A stretch of 64,000 nt of DNA from Candidatus Latescibacterota bacterium (GTDB lineage: Bacteria; Latescibacterota; UBA2968; UBA8231). The translations under genes and the position numbers were made by a program. Shown one piece after another: positions 10,375 through 21,994 of the stretch. Each line of letters opens with the position of its first letter. Position 1 is the first letter of the stretch. The stretch is from contig OZ241889.1 of assembly GCA_965203355.1 (NCBI GenBank), forward strand, positions 288,001 to 352,000. The letters are read 5' to 3'. The notes beneath the pieces were generated by a model. That model was given only the letters and a program-made list of their open reading frames with translations. It had not been told where the DNA came from and did no database searches.

Positions 10375-11949
10375 CTACTGCAGCAGCAATTCCACCGCTT
10401 CCTCGCGGTTTGACATCCTCGAGAATTGGCGCAAAACGTCGCGGCGATCTGGCTCGGACAACTTCAGTAGCTCCTCCCGAAAGAGCGCGACCGCATCCAA
10501 CCGACCGCTATCAGACGAGAACGCCCCGAGCAATCGCGCCGCACTTTGCTTCGTGAACCCGCCTTTGAAGTGCGGCGCGACCAGTTTGAGCGTCTCGCTC
10601 CGACCCGCATCATACGAGTTCATCCGCACCAAAGAGAGCAGCGCATCCGCGTCAATCCCATTCAGCTTGGGCAGCAACACCTCCAGCATCTCGTTCCGCC
10701 CCGAATCATACGAGTTCATTCGCACCAAAGAGAGCAGCGCATCCGCGTCTATCGCATCCAACTTGGGCAACAACGCCTCCAGCATCGCTTCTCGACCCGC
10801 ATCATACGAATTCATCCGCACCAAAGAGAGCAACGCATCTGCGTCAATCGCATCCAACTTGGGCAGCAACATCTCCAGCATCTCGTTCCGGCCCGTATCA
10901 TACGAGTTCATCCGCACCAAAGCCAGCAGCGCATCCGCGTCAATCGAGTTCAACTTGGGCAGCAATATCTCCAGCATCGCTTCCCGACCCGAATCAAAAC
11001 CCGCCATCTCCACTAACTCCACCGCGATCATCCCGTCAATCGCCTTCAGCTTGGGCAGCAACGCCTCCAGCATCGCTTCCCGACCCGAATCAAAACCCGC
11101 CGTCTCCACTAACTTCACCGCCAACGATCCAGCTATGCTGTCAATCACGGCGACGCCTTCCTCAACTACATCAATCCTACCGCTATCGAAGCCCTGCAAG
11201 CGCACGTGCCGCAGGAAGGTCTCGGCGTCCAACTCGTCAAGGGATGGGTAGATGGCGCCGATTAGAGCCGTGCGGCCCGAATCAAAACTCATGGACTCAA
11301 TTGCAATGTTGGCACGCTCGTCCTTTAGGTGGCCGCGGGGAATCAGAACCTCAATGCAGAGTTCTCGCCGTACCTCATCCCAAGGGATCTCGCGGAGCAT
11401 CGCCTCTAGGTCGCTCGTGGACCCGGAGTCCGATCGCGCTAGCAGAATATCGCTCAGCGCGACAATGGCCTCCGGTGTCTGCGTAACGGCTACGAGGCGA
11501 CCAAAACTTTGCGGACCGACATCGCTCAGCTTTTTGGCCCCGGCGAGGAGGAGGTCGTCAATGACGTGGGAGAATTCGCCTTCCCCTCGGCTATATACGA
11601 GTTCTCGACCCCCAATCACGGCCTTGAGGATCGACGTTATCGTAGTCTTGACCTCCGTTAGCCGCGGCGGAATAGCAACCGCTTCGGTCAGCAACACAAG
11701 ATGCTCACTGTCTATCGCTTCTACATCGCCGAGTGCCTTCAGCAGCGCGTCGTGGTGTGCATCCGTCTCGGGGAGTTGCACCGTATGGAGCAACGCCCGC
11801 GTTTCCTCAACGTCAGGGGTCGTAATGAGCATCGCCGGATCGGTAAAAACCTCCGCGAAATCCGGGCCGCTCCTCGCACTCGCGATCTCGACCCCATAGC
11901 CGAGAAGGAAGCAGGCGAGGCAGGTGAAAAAGGGAGAGGCGTGGTACAT
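10375..11949 (-). CDS. Secreted alpha-helical repeat protein (DUF4476-like repeats)
   Basis: Signal peptide; repeated [SG][FY]D[SAT]GR...LLPKL units; family name from recall only. Confidence 0.7.
   Translation of the reverse strand: MYHASPFFTCLACFLLGYGVEIASARSGPDFAEVFTDPAMLITTPDVEETRALLHTVQLPETDAHHDALLKALGDVEAIDSEHLVLLTEAVAIPPRLTEVKTTITSILKAVIGGRELVYSRGEGEFSHVIDDLLLAGAKKLSDVGPQSFGRLVAVTQTPEAIVALSDILLARSDSGSTSDLEAMLREIPWDEVRRELCIEVLIPRGHLKDERANIAIESMSFDSGRTALIGAIYPSLDELDAETFLRHVRLQGFDSGRIDVVEEGVAVIDSIAGSLAVKLVETAGFDSGREAMLEALLPKLKAIDGMIAVELVEMAGFDSGREAMLEILLPKLNSIDADALLALVRMNSYDTGRNEMLEMLLPKLDAIDADALLSLVRMNSYDAGREAMLEALLPKLDAIDADALLSLVRMNSYDSGRNEMLEVLLPKLNGIDADALLSLVRMNSYDAGRSETLKLVAPHFKGGFTKQSAARLLGAFSSDSGRLDAVALFREELLKLSEPDRRDVLRQFSRMSNREEAVELLLQ
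10601..11120. repeat. 96-bp (32-aa) intragenic tandem repeat
   Basis: TACGA(G/A)TTCAT recurs at 10613, 10709, 10805 and 10901; two more diverged units follow. Confidence 0.9.
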
Positions 11950-11994
11950 GTGGATACCTCCGATTTTGAGATGTGAAACTTCGCCGCGACTCGT

Positions 11995-13488
11995 TCAGGG
12001 TAGCTGCGTACTGCCCATCAGATAGCGGTCCACTTCGCGGGCAGCACCCCGGCCTTCGTTGATCGCCCACACGACCAAGCTCTGACCGCGCCGCATGTCG
12101 CCAGCGGCAAAAACGCCCTCGACGCTGGTGGCGTACTGCTCGTGCTCAGCACGGGCGTTGGAGCGTTCATCGCGCTCGACCCCTAGCTGATCGAACATGG
12201 CGTCCTCTGGCCCGCGAAACCCCATCGCCAACAGCACCAAATCGGCCGGCCAGACCTTCTCAGTGCCCTCAATCGGCACGGGCGTAAAGCGACCGTTTTC
12301 ATCTCTATCCCACTCAATATTGACCGTATGTAGCTCTTTGACGCGGCCCTCGTCGTCGCCGACGAATCGCTGGGTCATAATCAGATACGTGCGCGGATCG
12401 TCGCCGAAGCGGGCTTTGGCCTCCTCCTGACCGTAGTCGAGCTTATAGACATTGGGCCACTGGGGCCAAGGATTGTCGGGCGCACGCTCGTCTGGCGGTC
12501 GCGGCATGATCTCGAATTGCGCCAGCGTCTTGCAACCGTGGCGCATCGACGTGCCAACGCAGTCGGTGCCGGTATCGCCGCCGCCGATGACGATCACGTG
12601 CTTGTCCTGGGCCGAAATGTAGTGGCCGTCCGCATGATTGGAATCGAGCAGGCTCTTGGTGTTGGCGCGCAAAAAGTCCATCGCAAAGTAGATGCCCTGC
12701 ATATTCCGCCCCTCAATCGGCAAATCGTTGGGCTTGGTGGCCCCACCGCAGAGCACGAGCGCGTCGTTTTCTGCCACGAGTTGCGTCGCCGGAAGATCCA
12801 CGCCGATCTCCGTGCGGGTGACAAACTGGACGCCCTCGGCCTCCATCAGGTCAATCCGGCGCTGCACCACCTTTTTCTTGTCGAGCTTCATGTTGGGAAT
12901 CCCATACATCAATAGGCCGCCGATGCGATCCGCTCGCTCGTACACAGTCACCCAGTGGCCGGCGCGATTGAGCTGGGCGGCACAGGCCAAGCCCGCAGGG
13001 CCAGAGCCGACGACGGCGACCTTCTTGCCGGTGCGCTTGTCGGGCGGCTCGGGCACAATCCAACCCATCTCAAATCCCTTATCGACAATCGCACACTCGA
13101 CGCTCTTGATCGTCACCGGCGGAGCGTTGATTCCCACCACGCAGGCCCCCTCGCAGGGTGCCGGGCAGACCCGGCCAGTAAACTCGGGGAAATTGTTGGT
13201 CTTGTGCAATCGCTCCAACGCTTCCTGCCACAACCCGCGATAGACTAAGTCGTTCCATTCGGGGATTAGGTTGTTGATCGGGCAACCAGAGCCTTTGTCG
13301 CCCGGACTGACGATGTCGCCCAAATGGCAGAAGGGAATGCCGCAATCCATGCAGCGCGCACCCTGATCGCGCAGGCGATCGTCGGGGAAATGCTCGTGGA
13401 ACTCGTCCCAGTCCACGACGCGCTCTAACGGGTCGCGGTCTTGTGGTAACTCGCGTGCAAATTCGATGAATCCAGTGGGTTTACCCAT
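11995..13488 (-). CDS. gltD: Glutamate synthase small subunit
   Basis: [57 protein letters not shown]. Confidence 0.97.
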   Translation of the reverse strand: MGKPTGFIEFARELPQDRDPLERVVDWDEFHEHFPDDRLRDQGARCMDCGIPFCHLGDIVSPGDKGSGCPINNLIPEWNDLVYRGLWQEALERLHKTNNFPEFTGRVCPAPCEGACVVGINAPPVTIKSVECAIVDKGFEMGWIVPEPPDKRTGKKVAVVGSGPAGLACAAQLNRAGHWVTVYERADRIGGLLMYGIPNMKLDKKKVVQRRIDLMEAEGVQFVTRTEIGVDLPATQLVAENDALVLCGGATKPNDLPIEGRNMQGIYFAMDFLRANTKSLLDSNHADGHYISAQDKHVIVIGGGDTGTDCVGTSMRHGCKTLAQFEIMPRPPDERAPDNPWPQWPNVYKLDYGQEEAKARFGDDPRTYLIMTQRFVGDDEGRVKELHTVNIEWDRDENGRFTPVPIEGTEKVWPADLVLLAMGFRGPEDAMFDQLGVERDERSNARAEHEQYATSVEGVFAAGDMRRGQSLVVWAINEGRGAAREVDRYLMGSTQLP

Positions 13489-13502
13489 TGATTTCTTTCC
13501 TA

Positions 13503-16500
13503 TTAGGACGCTTCGGCCATGGCCTCGCGGAAGGCGACTAGCGCGGCTTCGTCGCCGGTCAGTCCGCGTTCCTCAACGCACTTGAAGGCGTTGAGCATTT
13601 TGCGGTAATCGCGCGGCATGACCTTGACGAACCGGGGCCGTGCCGCGCTCCATTGGTCCAAGACCCACTGACCGCGTGCGCTGTGCGTGTGCTGCACGTG
13701 GCGCTCGATCATGGACCGCAACTCGGCGACATCCTCGGCGTCTTCTACCGGCTCCATATCGGCCAACTCGTCGTTAAAGCGGAGCGCAAAGTCGCCCTCT
13801 TCGTCGAACACGTAGGCAATACCGCCCGACATTCCAGCGCCAAAATTGCGGCCCGTGCGGCCCAGCACCACGACCCGCCCGCCCGTCATGTACTCGCAGC
13901 CGTGGTCGCCCACGCCTTCCACTACGGCGTGGACGCCGCTGTTGCGTACGCAAAAGCGTTCGCCAGCAATACCGTGGATATACGCCTCGCCAGCGGTGGC
14001 ACCATAGAAGGCTACGTTGCCGCAAATGATGTTCTCCCACGGCACAAAAGTAGAGCCTTTGGGCGGATAGAGCACCAGCTTGGCACCTGAAAGCCCCTTG
14101 CCGAAGTAGTCGTTGGCATCGCCTTCCACTTCCATGGTCAGGCCCTTGGGCGTGAAGGCGGCAAAGCTCTGGCCAGCGGCACCGGAGAACTTGAGATGAA
14201 TGGTGTCCTCGGGCAGGCCCTCGGGACCGTAACGCCGCGTCACCTCGCTACCGAGAATCGTGCCGGTCACTCGGTTGGTATTTTCGATTGGCAACTCGGC
14301 CGCGACCGGCTCGCCGCTTTCAAGCGCCGGTTTGCACAGCGCCAGCAAGGTGGTGTTGTCGAGGGCCTCGTCCAGCCCGTGATCCTGCGGAATCTGACAG
14401 TAGCGCCCCACTTGCGGGCCGACCTCGGGCTGGTGCAAAATCGGCGTTAAGTCAATGCCGGCTGCCTTCCACAACGCAATGGCCTTCTTCGGCTCGAGCC
14501 GGTCCGTGCGGCCAATCATTTCATCGACCGTGCGGAACCCGAGCGCGGCCATGATCTCGCGCAGGTCCTCGGCGACAAAGCGCAGAAAGTTGACCACGTG
14601 ATCCGGGGTGCCGGTGAATTTGTCGCGCAGGTCGGGGTTTTGAGTCGCCACGCCCACCGGACAGGTGTCGAGGTGGCAGACCCGCATCATAATGCAACCC
14701 ATCGCAACCAGCGCCGTGGTGGCAAAACCGAACTCCTCCGCGCCCAGCAACGCCGCGATAGCCACGTCGCGCCCGGTCTTGAGCTGGCCGTCGGTCTCGA
14801 CGACGATGCGGCTGCGCAAGTCGTTGAGCACCAGCGTCTGATGCGTCTCGGCCAGCCCCAACTCCCAAGGCAGGCCAGCGTGCTTGATCGAAGTCTGCGG
14901 CGAGGCGCCGGTGCCGCCGTCGTGGCCCGAAATCAGCACCACATCCGCGTGGCCTTTCGCCACCCCAGCGGCGACAGTACCGACCCCGAACTCGGAGACC
15001 AGCTTGACGTTGATCCGCGCATGGACGTTTGAATTTTTGAGATCGTGGATTAGCTGCGCCAAGTCTTCAATCGAGTAAATGTCGTGGTGCGGCGGCGGCG
15101 AGATTAGCTCGACGCCTGGGGTTGAGTGGCGCACCTTGGCGATCCAAGGATAGACTTTGGTGCCGGGCAACTCGCCACCCTCGCCCGGCTTGGCACCCTG
15201 CGCCATCTTGATTTGCAGTTCTTTGGCTTGGGTCAGATAGTGGCTCGTCACGCCAAAGCGCCCGGAGGCCACTTGCTTAATCGCGCTATTTTTGGAGTCG
15301 CCGTTAGGCTCCATTACATAGCGGGCCGGGTCTTCGCCGCCTTCGCCGGTATTGCTCTTGCCGCCGAGGCGGTTCATGGCGATGGCCAAGCCTTCGTGCG
15401 CTTCCTTGCTAATCGAGCCGTAGGACATCGCCCCGCTTTTGAAGCGCCGGGTGATCTCCTCGACCGGCTCGACCTCTTCAATGGACACCGGCTCGGCCCC
15501 ACCCTTGAACTCCAACAAGCTCCGCAAGGTCGCCAAGCGCTCGGATTGGTCGTTGATCAATTCGGCGTACTGCTTGTACACCGCGTAGTCATTGGTGCGC
15601 GACGCCCGCTGTAGCAGGTGAATCGTCTTGGGGTTGAAGAGGTGGTGCTCGCCGCCCTTGCGCCATTGATAGTGTCCACCCACATCGAGCGTGCGGCCGT
15701 TGGTCGGGATCCGGGGAAAGGCCGCCTCGTGGCGCGCTAGGGCCTCGCGGGCAATGTCCTCAATGCCCATGCCCTTCACTTGGGTCGTGGTCCAAGTGAA
15801 GTACTGATCTACCACTTCTTGACTGAGCCCCACGGTCTCAAAAATCTGCGCCCCCCGATACGACTTGATCGTCGATATGCCCATCTTGGCCATCACCTTG
15901 ACCGTGCCTTTGATCGCCGCGTAGATGTAGCGCTCCTCGGCCTCCGCATAGGTATAGCCTTCGAGCATGTTTTCGCGGATCATGTCGTTGAGGCTCTCAA
16001 AGGCCATGTAGGGGTTGATCGCCTGTGCGCCGTAGCCCAGCAGCAGGCAGAAGTGATGCACCTCGCGCGGCTCGCCCGACTCGAGCGCCAAGCCAATGCG
16101 CGTACGCGTCTCCAGCCGCACTAAGTGGTGATGCACCCCGGATACGGCCAACAGCGCCGGAATCGGCACGTGGTCGGCATCTACGCCCCGATCGGAGAGG
16201 ATAATCAGGTTGCACCCTTCGGCGATGGCGGCATCGACTTTGGCACACAGCGCGTTCATGGCCTTGGCAAGGCCGGCCTCGCCATCGGCGCGCTCGAACA
16301 GAATCGGGATCGTCTCGGCCTTGTGGCCAAAGAGGTCAACCTGCCGGAGCTTTTCCAACTCGTCGTTTTTGAGGATCGGCCGTTGCAAGGTGATCTGGCG
16401 GCAGCTTGCTGGCTCGGGCACCAGCAAATTGCGCTCGGGGCCGATCTTGGTCTCGGCCGAGGTAATCAATTCCTCGCGCAGCGGGTCAAGCGGCGGATTC

Positions 16501-18089
16501 GTAACTTGGGCGAAGTGCTGCTTGAAGTAGCTGTAGAGAAGCTGCGGTCGCTCCGACAGGGCCGCCAGCGCCGCGTCGTTGCCCATGGAGCCGACTGGAT
16601 CCTTGAGCACCTGGACCATCGGCTTGAGGAAGACGCGCAGGTCCTCAAACGTATAGCCGAAGGCCTGCTGCCAGTGGAGCACGTCCTCGCGACGGTCCAA
16701 CAGGGGCACCCCCTCAACCTCGGGCAGGTCCTCAAGCGCGACTAGGTTGGCGTCGAGCCACGCCTGATAGGGATGCTCGGTGGCGACCTGGTGCTTGATC
16801 TCCTCATCGCTGATGATCCGGCCCTCCGCCGTATCGATCAAGAGCATTCGGCCCGGTTCCAGCCGACCTTTGAAAACCACGTCTTCCGGCGGCATACTCA
16901 GCACACCCGTTTCCGAAGCGAGCACCAGCGTATCGTCTTTGGCAATGTAGTAACGCGAGGGCCGAAAGCCGTTGCGGTCGAGCATGCCGCCGACGACAGT
17001 GCCGTCGGTAAAGGCCACCGAGGCCGGCCCGTCCCACGGCTCCATCAGACAGCTATGATACTCGTAAAAAGCCCGCTTCTCGGCGCTCATGGTCTCGTGG
17101 TTTTCCCACGGCTCGGGAATCATCATCATCACCGCGTGCGCCAACGAGCGCCCCCCCAAAGTCAACAGTTCGAGCACATTGTCGAACTTGGCCGAATCAG
17201 AGCCGTCTTCGTGGATGATGGGGAAGAGCTTGTCGATATCATCGCCGAAGTACTCAGACGCCAGCATCCCCTCGCGCGCGCGCATCCAGTTGCCGTTGCC
17301 GCGCACGGTGTTTATCTCGCCGTTGTGGATGATGTAGCGATAGGGATGCGCCCGCTCCCAGCTCGGGAAGGTGTTGGTGCTAAAGCGCGAATGCACCAGC
17401 GCGAGGGCCGCCTCAAATCGCTCGTCGCTCAAATCGGGAAAGTAGTCCGCGACTTGGTCGGAGATCAGCATGCCCTTATAGACGATGGTGCGGCAAGAGA
17501 GACTAGCCGGATAGAAGAAGTCGCCGCCCAAGACCTCGCCACTGTAGCGAATCGCGTTTTCGGCGCGCTTGCGGATGACGTAGAGCTTGCGCTCAAAGGC
17601 CAGCGCGTCGTCGCCTGGCCCCTGGCCGCGGCCAATAAATACCTGGCGTTGGAACGGCTCGCGCAGCTTGGCGGTGTGGCCCAAGGCCGCATTGTCGGTG
17701 GGCACGTCCCGCCAGCCGAGCAAGTGCTGGCCCTCTTCTGCGACGATGCGGGCGAAGCGTTCCTCGCAAACTTGGCGCTGAGCGGAATCGGGCGGCAAAA
17801 ACAACATACCTACTCCGTACTCGCCTGCTGAGGGCAAGGCAAAGTCGCAGATGGCGCGAAAGAACTTGTGGGGCAACTGCACCAACACACCGGCACCATC
17901 GCCCGTGTTGGCTTCGCAACCGCAGGCACCTCGGTGCTTGAGATGTTCCAAGACCTCTAAGGATTGGCGCACCAACTTGTGCGACTTGTGGCCCTTGATG
18001 TTGACGACAAAACCGATCCCGCAGGCGTCGCTTTCGCGGGCTGGATCATAAAGCCCCTGCTTATGCGGGTATCCGGGTATCCGGGTCAT
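13503..18089 (-). CDS. gltB: Glutamate synthase large subunit
   Basis: E-x-D-A-CGIGF processed N-terminus, [48 protein letters not shown]. Start moved to ATG 18089 (AGGA RBS, promoter at 18130-18157). Confidence 0.97.
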   Translation of the reverse strand: MTRIPGYPHKQGLYDPARESDACGIGFVVNIKGHKSHKLVRQSLEVLEHLKHRGACGCEANTGDGAGVLVQLPHKFFRAICDFALPSAGEYGVGMLFLPPDSAQRQVCEERFARIVAEEGQHLLGWRDVPTDNAALGHTAKLREPFQRQVFIGRGQGPGDDALAFERKLYVIRKRAENAIRYSGEVLGGDFFYPASLSCRTIVYKGMLISDQVADYFPDLSDERFEAALALVHSRFSTNTFPSWERAHPYRYIIHNGEINTVRGNGNWMRAREGMLASEYFGDDIDKLFPIIHEDGSDSAKFDNVLELLTLGGRSLAHAVMMMIPEPWENHETMSAEKRAFYEYHSCLMEPWDGPASVAFTDGTVVGGMLDRNGFRPSRYYIAKDDTLVLASETGVLSMPPEDVVFKGRLEPGRMLLIDTAEGRIISDEEIKHQVATEHPYQAWLDANLVALEDLPEVEGVPLLDRREDVLHWQQAFGYTFEDLRVFLKPMVQVLKDPVGSMGNDAALAALSERPQLLYSYFKQHFAQVTNPPLDPLREELITSAETKIGPERNLLVPEPASCRQITLQRPILKNDELEKLRQVDLFGHKAETIPILFERADGEAGLAKAMNALCAKVDAAIAEGCNLIILSDRGVDADHVPIPALLAVSGVHHHLVRLETRTRIGLALESGEPREVHHFCLLLGYGAQAINPYMAFESLNDMIRENMLEGYTYAEAEERYIYAAIKGTVKVMAKMGISTIKSYRGAQIFETVGLSQEVVDQYFTWTTTQVKGMGIEDIAREALARHEAAFPRIPTNGRTLDVGGHYQWRKGGEHHLFNPKTIHLLQRASRTNDYAVYKQYAELINDQSERLATLRSLLEFKGGAEPVSIEEVEPVEEITRRFKSGAMSYGSISKEAHEGLAIAMNRLGGKSNTGEGGEDPARYVMEPNGDSKNSAIKQVASGRFGVTSHYLTQAKELQIKMAQGAKPGEGGELPGTKVYPWIAKVRHSTPGVELISPPPHHDIYSIEDLAQLIHDLKNSNVHARINVKLVSEFGVGTVAAGVAKGHADVVLISGHDGGTGASPQTSIKHAGLPWELGLAETHQTLVLNDLRSRIVVETDGQLKTGRDVAIAALLGAEEFGFATTALVAMGCIMMRVCHLDTCPVGVATQNPDLRDKFTGTPDHVVNFLRFVAEDLREIMAALGFRTVDEMIGRTDRLEPKKAIALWKAAGIDLTPILHQPEVGPQVGRYCQIPQDHGLDEALDNTTLLALCKPALESGEPVAAELPIENTNRVTGTILGSEVTRRYGPEGLPEDTIHLKFSGAAGQSFAAFTPKGLTMEVEGDANDYFGKGLSGAKLVLYPPKGSTFVPWENIICGNVAFYGATAGEAYIHGIAGERFCVRNSGVHAVVEGVGDHGCEYMTGGRVVVLGRTGRNFGAGMSGGIAYVFDEEGDFALRFNDELADMEPVEDAEDVAELRSMIERHVQHTHSARGQWVLDQWSAARPRFVKVMPRDYRKMLNAFKCVEERGLTGDEAALVAFREAMAEAS

Positions 18090-18129
18090 TTTAATTTTCC
18101 TTGCTCGATCGGCTAAAAAAAGAAGGGTT

Positions 18130-18157
18130 AATATATGAACTGCGGCTATGTTGTCAA
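18130..18157 (-). promoter_or_regulatory. sigma70-type promoter for gltBD
   Basis: TTGACA-16 bp-TATATT on the minus strand. Confidence 0.65.
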
Positions 18158-18198
18158 ACGCCCTTACGCCAATTTCCACAATTTTCTTGAAACATCCC

Positions 18199-18228
18199 TT
18201 GACAGCATGGCCGTGTATGGCCTAAATT
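18199..18228 (+). promoter_or_regulatory. sigma70-type promoter for the Lrp-like regulator
   Basis: TTGACA-18 bp-TAAATT. Confidence 0.55.
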
Positions 18229-18264
18229 GCGCCAACTTTTACCTTTCAAGGGATAATTTAGGCC

Positions 18265-18840
18265 ATGAGATATTTTGACGAACAAGAGCGGCAGATCGTC
18301 CGCACCCTCATCCGCAACCCCCGCTGCTCGGACAACCGCATCAGCACCTTGACTGGCGTGCCCGTGCGCACCGTCAGCCGCAAGCGCACACGCCTCGAAC
18401 AGGAGAACATCCTCTTCTACTACGCGGCGGTCGATATGCAGGCCCAAGGCACGGGCCGTTTCGCGACCCAGCACATGCTCACCATCAAGTTCAAATTGGG
18501 CATCACCCACAGCCAGATCGTGCGGGAAATCCGCTCTGAACCCAATGTTGCCAATGTATTCAGCGAGCTAATCCGCGACAGCTATATCGCCGAAGTAGAT
18601 GGCCACATCGCGTTGGTGATGGTCGTCGAAGGCGAGTCCGACAGCGATGTGGCCGAAAGTGTCCAGGGCAAGATCATTCCCTCGCTACAGAAAAACCACG
18701 GCGAGGACTCGATCCAAGAGCTACAAACCATCCGCCTGTTGGCCCCCATCAGGCGGCTACACAACTATTTGCCCATGGTAAATACGAAGGCGGGTTTCAT
18801 CGTGGAATCTTGGCCGGACGACGCCATTTTCGTCGAGTAA
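18265..18840 (+). CDS. Lrp/AsnC-like winged-helix transcriptional regulator
   Basis: N-terminal DEQERQIVRTLIRNPRCSDNRISTLTGVPVRTVSRKRTRLE HTH; divergent from gltB. Confidence 0.75.
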   Translation: MRYFDEQERQIVRTLIRNPRCSDNRISTLTGVPVRTVSRKRTRLEQENILFYYAAVDMQAQGTGRFATQHMLTIKFKLGITHSQIVREIRSEPNVANVFSELIRDSYIAEVDGHIALVMVVEGESDSDVAESVQGKIIPSLQKNHGEDSIQELQTIRLLAPIRRLHNYLPMVNTKAGFIVESWPDDAIFVE

Positions 18841-18845
18841 CGGTG

Positions 18846-20219
18846 TTATCCACTTTCCTTTACCGCGGCCACCAAATCCAACACGGCCTCCTTGGCACTG
18901 CCGAAAAACATCAGTGTATTCTCTGCGGCAAAGAGCGGATTGGGCAGACCGGCAAATCCCGGGCTCAGGCTCCGCTTAATCACCACCACGGTGCGTGCAT
19001 GATCCACGTCGAGGATCGGCATCCCGGCAATAGGCCCGGAATCAGCGTCGCGGGCGAGGGGGTTGACCACGTCGTTGGCACCGATGATCAGGGCCACATC
19101 GGTCTGCTGGAAGGTCGGGTTGATCCGGTCCATCTCCACTAGCTTGTCGTAGGGCACTTCGGCCTCGGCCAACAGCACGTTCATGTGGCCCGGCATCCGG
19201 CCAGCCACCGGATGGATGGCGTATTCGACCTCGACGCCGCGCTCTTCGAGCAAATTGGCCAAATCCCGCACGGCGTGCTGCGCTTGAGCCACGGCCATGC
19301 CGTAGCCAGGGACTACCACCACGCGCCGGGCCGTGTCAAACAGCAGCGCGACTTCCTCGGCCGAAGTCGACTTGATCTTACCGGCATAGACCTCGTCATC
19401 GCTGGTTCCGCTTGCGACCTCGGCACCAACGCCGCCGAAGAATACGTTGCCCAGCGAGCGGTTCATGGCCCGGCACATGATCTGCGTCAAAATCAGCCCC
19501 GAGGCCCCTACCAGCGACCCGGCGATAATCAGCACGTTGTTGTCGAGCACAAAGCCGGTAGCTGCTGCCGCCAGACCCGAGCACGAATTGAGCAAGGCAA
19601 TCACCACCGGCATATCGGCTCCGCCTATGGGCAATACGAGCAACAAGCCCAACAGGGACGCCACGCCGACCATGAGCCAGAAGGCGTCCGGCTCGCCCAG
19701 AACCAACCAAGCACCCAAACCCGCACTGCCGAGGGCCAGCACCCCGTTGCAAAACGGCTGGCCGGGAAACCGCACCAAACCCTTTAACACTTCCATCAGC
19801 TTGAGAAAAGCCACGATACTGCCCCAGAAGGTCACCGCGCCGATGATCCCAGAAGCCGCCGTGGCGGCTGTGAATTGGTAGGAAGGAGCCTGCGCCTCAA
19901 TCAGCGCCGCGCCGGCTACCAGCGCGGAGGCACCGCCGCCCAAGCCGTTAAAAACCGCCACCAACTCGGGCATGGAGGTTATGGGAATTTTTACCGCGAG
20001 GACCATGCCAATCAACGCACCGACTACGACCCCGAGCAAAATGTATTCGCCGGCGAGAATCCGCTGATCCAGCAAGGTGGTGACGACGGCCAACAGCATC
20101 CCCAAGGCCCCCAGCAAATTGCCGCGCACAGCCGTGCGCGGGTGCGTCAATCCCTTGAGGCCGAGAATGAAGAGGACCGAAGCGACCAAATAGGCGAAAT
20201 TAATCAGGGTCGCGCTCAT
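18846..20219 (-). CDS. pntB: NAD(P) transhydrogenase beta subunit
   Basis: GGADMPVVIALLNS, PGYGMAVAQAQ, HPVAGRMPGHMNVLLAEA, GANDVVNP. Confidence 0.97.
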   Translation of the reverse strand: MSATLINFAYLVASVLFILGLKGLTHPRTAVRGNLLGALGMLLAVVTTLLDQRILAGEYILLGVVVGALIGMVLAVKIPITSMPELVAVFNGLGGGASALVAGAALIEAQAPSYQFTAATAASGIIGAVTFWGSIVAFLKLMEVLKGLVRFPGQPFCNGVLALGSAGLGAWLVLGEPDAFWLMVGVASLLGLLLVLPIGGADMPVVIALLNSCSGLAAAATGFVLDNNVLIIAGSLVGASGLILTQIMCRAMNRSLGNVFFGGVGAEVASGTSDDEVYAGKIKSTSAEEVALLFDTARRVVVVPGYGMAVAQAQHAVRDLANLLEERGVEVEYAIHPVAGRMPGHMNVLLAEAEVPYDKLVEMDRINPTFQQTDVALIIGANDVVNPLARDADSGPIAGMPILDVDHARTVVVIKRSLSPGFAGLPNPLFAAENTLMFFGSAKEAVLDLVAAVKESG

Positions 20220-20222
20220 GCG

Positions 20223-20504
20223 CTAGTCCCGCCTCCTAAACATCCCCAACATGCGGTGCGTCACCATGAATCCACCTACCACGTTGATGGTGGCGAAGAT
20301 GACAGCCGCCACCCCCAAATAGGTCGCCAAGGCTGAGTGCTCAGAACCAGCCGAGAGCAGCGCGCCGATCAGGGTGATACCGGAGATGGCGTTGGAGCCG
20401 GACATCAGCGGCGTGTGCAGAGTCGGCGGGATCTTGGTGATGATTTCAAAACCGACGAAGACAGCGAGTGCAAATACCGTCAGCGCGGCCACTAAGACAT
20501 CCAC
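20223..20504 (-). CDS. pntAB: NAD(P) transhydrogenase alpha subunit, membrane part
   Basis: PTLHTPLMSGSNAISG, INVVGGFMVTHRML. Confidence 0.95.
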   Translation of the reverse strand: MDVLVAALTVFALAVFVGFEIITKIPPTLHTPLMSGSNAISGITLIGALLSAGSEHSALATYLGVAAVIFATINVVGGFMVTHRMLGMFRRRD

Positions 20505-21652
20505 TATGAGCTTCCTTTGCGAATGCGCGGATGGACGATCTCACCGTCGCGCAACACCAAGGTTTCGCGCGTGATTTCGTCCTCCATGTCAAATTGCAAC
20601 GCCCCCTCGCCCGCCAAGTGGCGGAGAAAGGTCGCGATATTGTGCGAGTACATTTGGCTGGCGTGGTGCGGCACCGTGGCTGGCAGATTGAGCGGCCCCA
20701 TGATCTGCACTCCGTCCTCGACGATCGTCTCCCCCAGGCGCGTCAACTCGCAGTTGCCACCGCGCTCAGCGGCCAAATCGACGATGACCGACCCCGGCCC
20801 CATGCTCTGCACGGCATCCGCCGTAATCAACAAAGGGGCTGGTTGCCCCGGGATGGCGGCCGTAGTGATAATTACGTCGCTCTGACCAGCGACCTTGGCC
20901 AGTTCCTCGCGCTGGCGGCGGTAGAACACCTCGTCCTGCGCCCGTGCGTATCCGCCGGCGTCCTCGGAGTCGCCGGTGTCAATGTCCAATTCCACGAATT
21001 CAGCCCCCAGGCTCTCGACCTGTTCTTTGACCGCTGGTCGCACGTCGTACGCCCGGATAACCGCCCCCAGGCGGCGGGCCGTGGCAATGGCTTGGAGACC
21101 AGCGACCCCAGCACCGATGACCAGCACCCGAGACGGAGTCAACGTGCCAGCGGCTGTCATTAAGAGGGGGAACATGCGCGGCAGAGCCGCAGCGGCCAAG
21201 AGCACCGCTTTGTAGCCGGCGATCGTGGCCATGGACGAGAGCACATCCATACTCTGGGCGCGGGTGATGCGCGGCATCAATTCCATGGCGAACAGCGTCG
21301 CTCCGACACCGGCCAGCGCACCCAACTCCGAGCCAGCAGTCAGCGGGTCTGAGGCTCCGATGAGGACTTGACCGGATCGAATCCGGGTCAAGTCGGCGCG
21401 ACCCGCCTCCGGGTTCGCGCCGAGCGTACGCACCTGAAGCATCACCTCGGCACGGGCGAACACCTCGTCGCGATCCGCCGCGATTGCTGCGCCGCGCTCG
21501 GCATAGGCCGCATCGGCATAGCCGGCGGCGGCACCCGCGCCCGACTCTATTAGGATGTCCGCATTGCAGGCCGACAACCCGGACACAGCCTCCGGGACCA
21601 AGGCGACCCGCTGCTCACCCGGGAAGGTCTCTCGTGCGATACCAACGATCAT
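20504..21652 (-). CDS. pntAA: NAD(P) transhydrogenase alpha subunit, NAD(H)-binding part
   Basis: PRITRAQSMDVLSS, GAGVAGLQAIATA, DLAAERGGNCE. Confidence 0.95.
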   Translation of the reverse strand: MIVGIARETFPGEQRVALVPEAVSGLSACNADILIESGAGAAAGYADAAYAERGAAIAADRDEVFARAEVMLQVRTLGANPEAGRADLTRIRSGQVLIGASDPLTAGSELGALAGVGATLFAMELMPRITRAQSMDVLSSMATIAGYKAVLLAAAALPRMFPLLMTAAGTLTPSRVLVIGAGVAGLQAIATARRLGAVIRAYDVRPAVKEQVESLGAEFVELDIDTGDSEDAGGYARAQDEVFYRRQREELAKVAGQSDVIITTAAIPGQPAPLLITADAVQSMGPGSVIVDLAAERGGNCELTRLGETIVEDGVQIMGPLNLPATVPHHASQMYSHNIATFLRHLAGEGALQFDMEDEITRETLVLRDGEIVHPRIRKGSS

Positions 21653-21655
21653 TGC

Positions 21656-21946
21656 TCAGTGGTGGGACACCAGTTTGTCGTGGTGCTTCTTGAGCTGAAT
21701 CTCGATCTTGGACTCGGCTTCGGCGAGGGCCTTGTAGAGATTGTCCGCCGCCCCGGTCGCCGCAAACGTGCGCTGCGGCACCTTGACGATAATTTCCACT
21801 TTGTCGTCGTGCTTTTCCTTGTCGAGGACGACTTCGCAATCCACGATGCGGTCGAAGTAGTTTTCGAATTTAGTACAAGAATTGGCAATGTGCGCTTTGG
21901 TTTCTTCTGAGATCTTTCCTTGACGCACACTGATTTTGGGCTGCAT
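21656..21946 (-). CDS. hpf: Ribosome hibernation promoting factor (short HPF/RaiA)
   Basis: 96 aa; KFENYFDRIVDCEVVL...NLYKALAEAESKIEIQLKKHHDK matches the S30AE pattern. Confidence 0.85.
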   Translation of the reverse strand: MQPKISVRQGKISEETKAHIANSCTKFENYFDRIVDCEVVLDKEKHDDKVEIIVKVPQRTFAATGAADNLYKALAEAESKIEIQLKKHHDKLVSHH

Positions 21947-21994
21947 CTCCTAGTCCTTTCTGTTGACAAAATTTAATCGCTGGCCCGCGCTTAG

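Noticed and set aside
18090-18179. 30-aa N-terminal extension of GltB in the ORF track
   Set aside because: It overlaps the predicted promoter, and the RBS supports ATG 18089.
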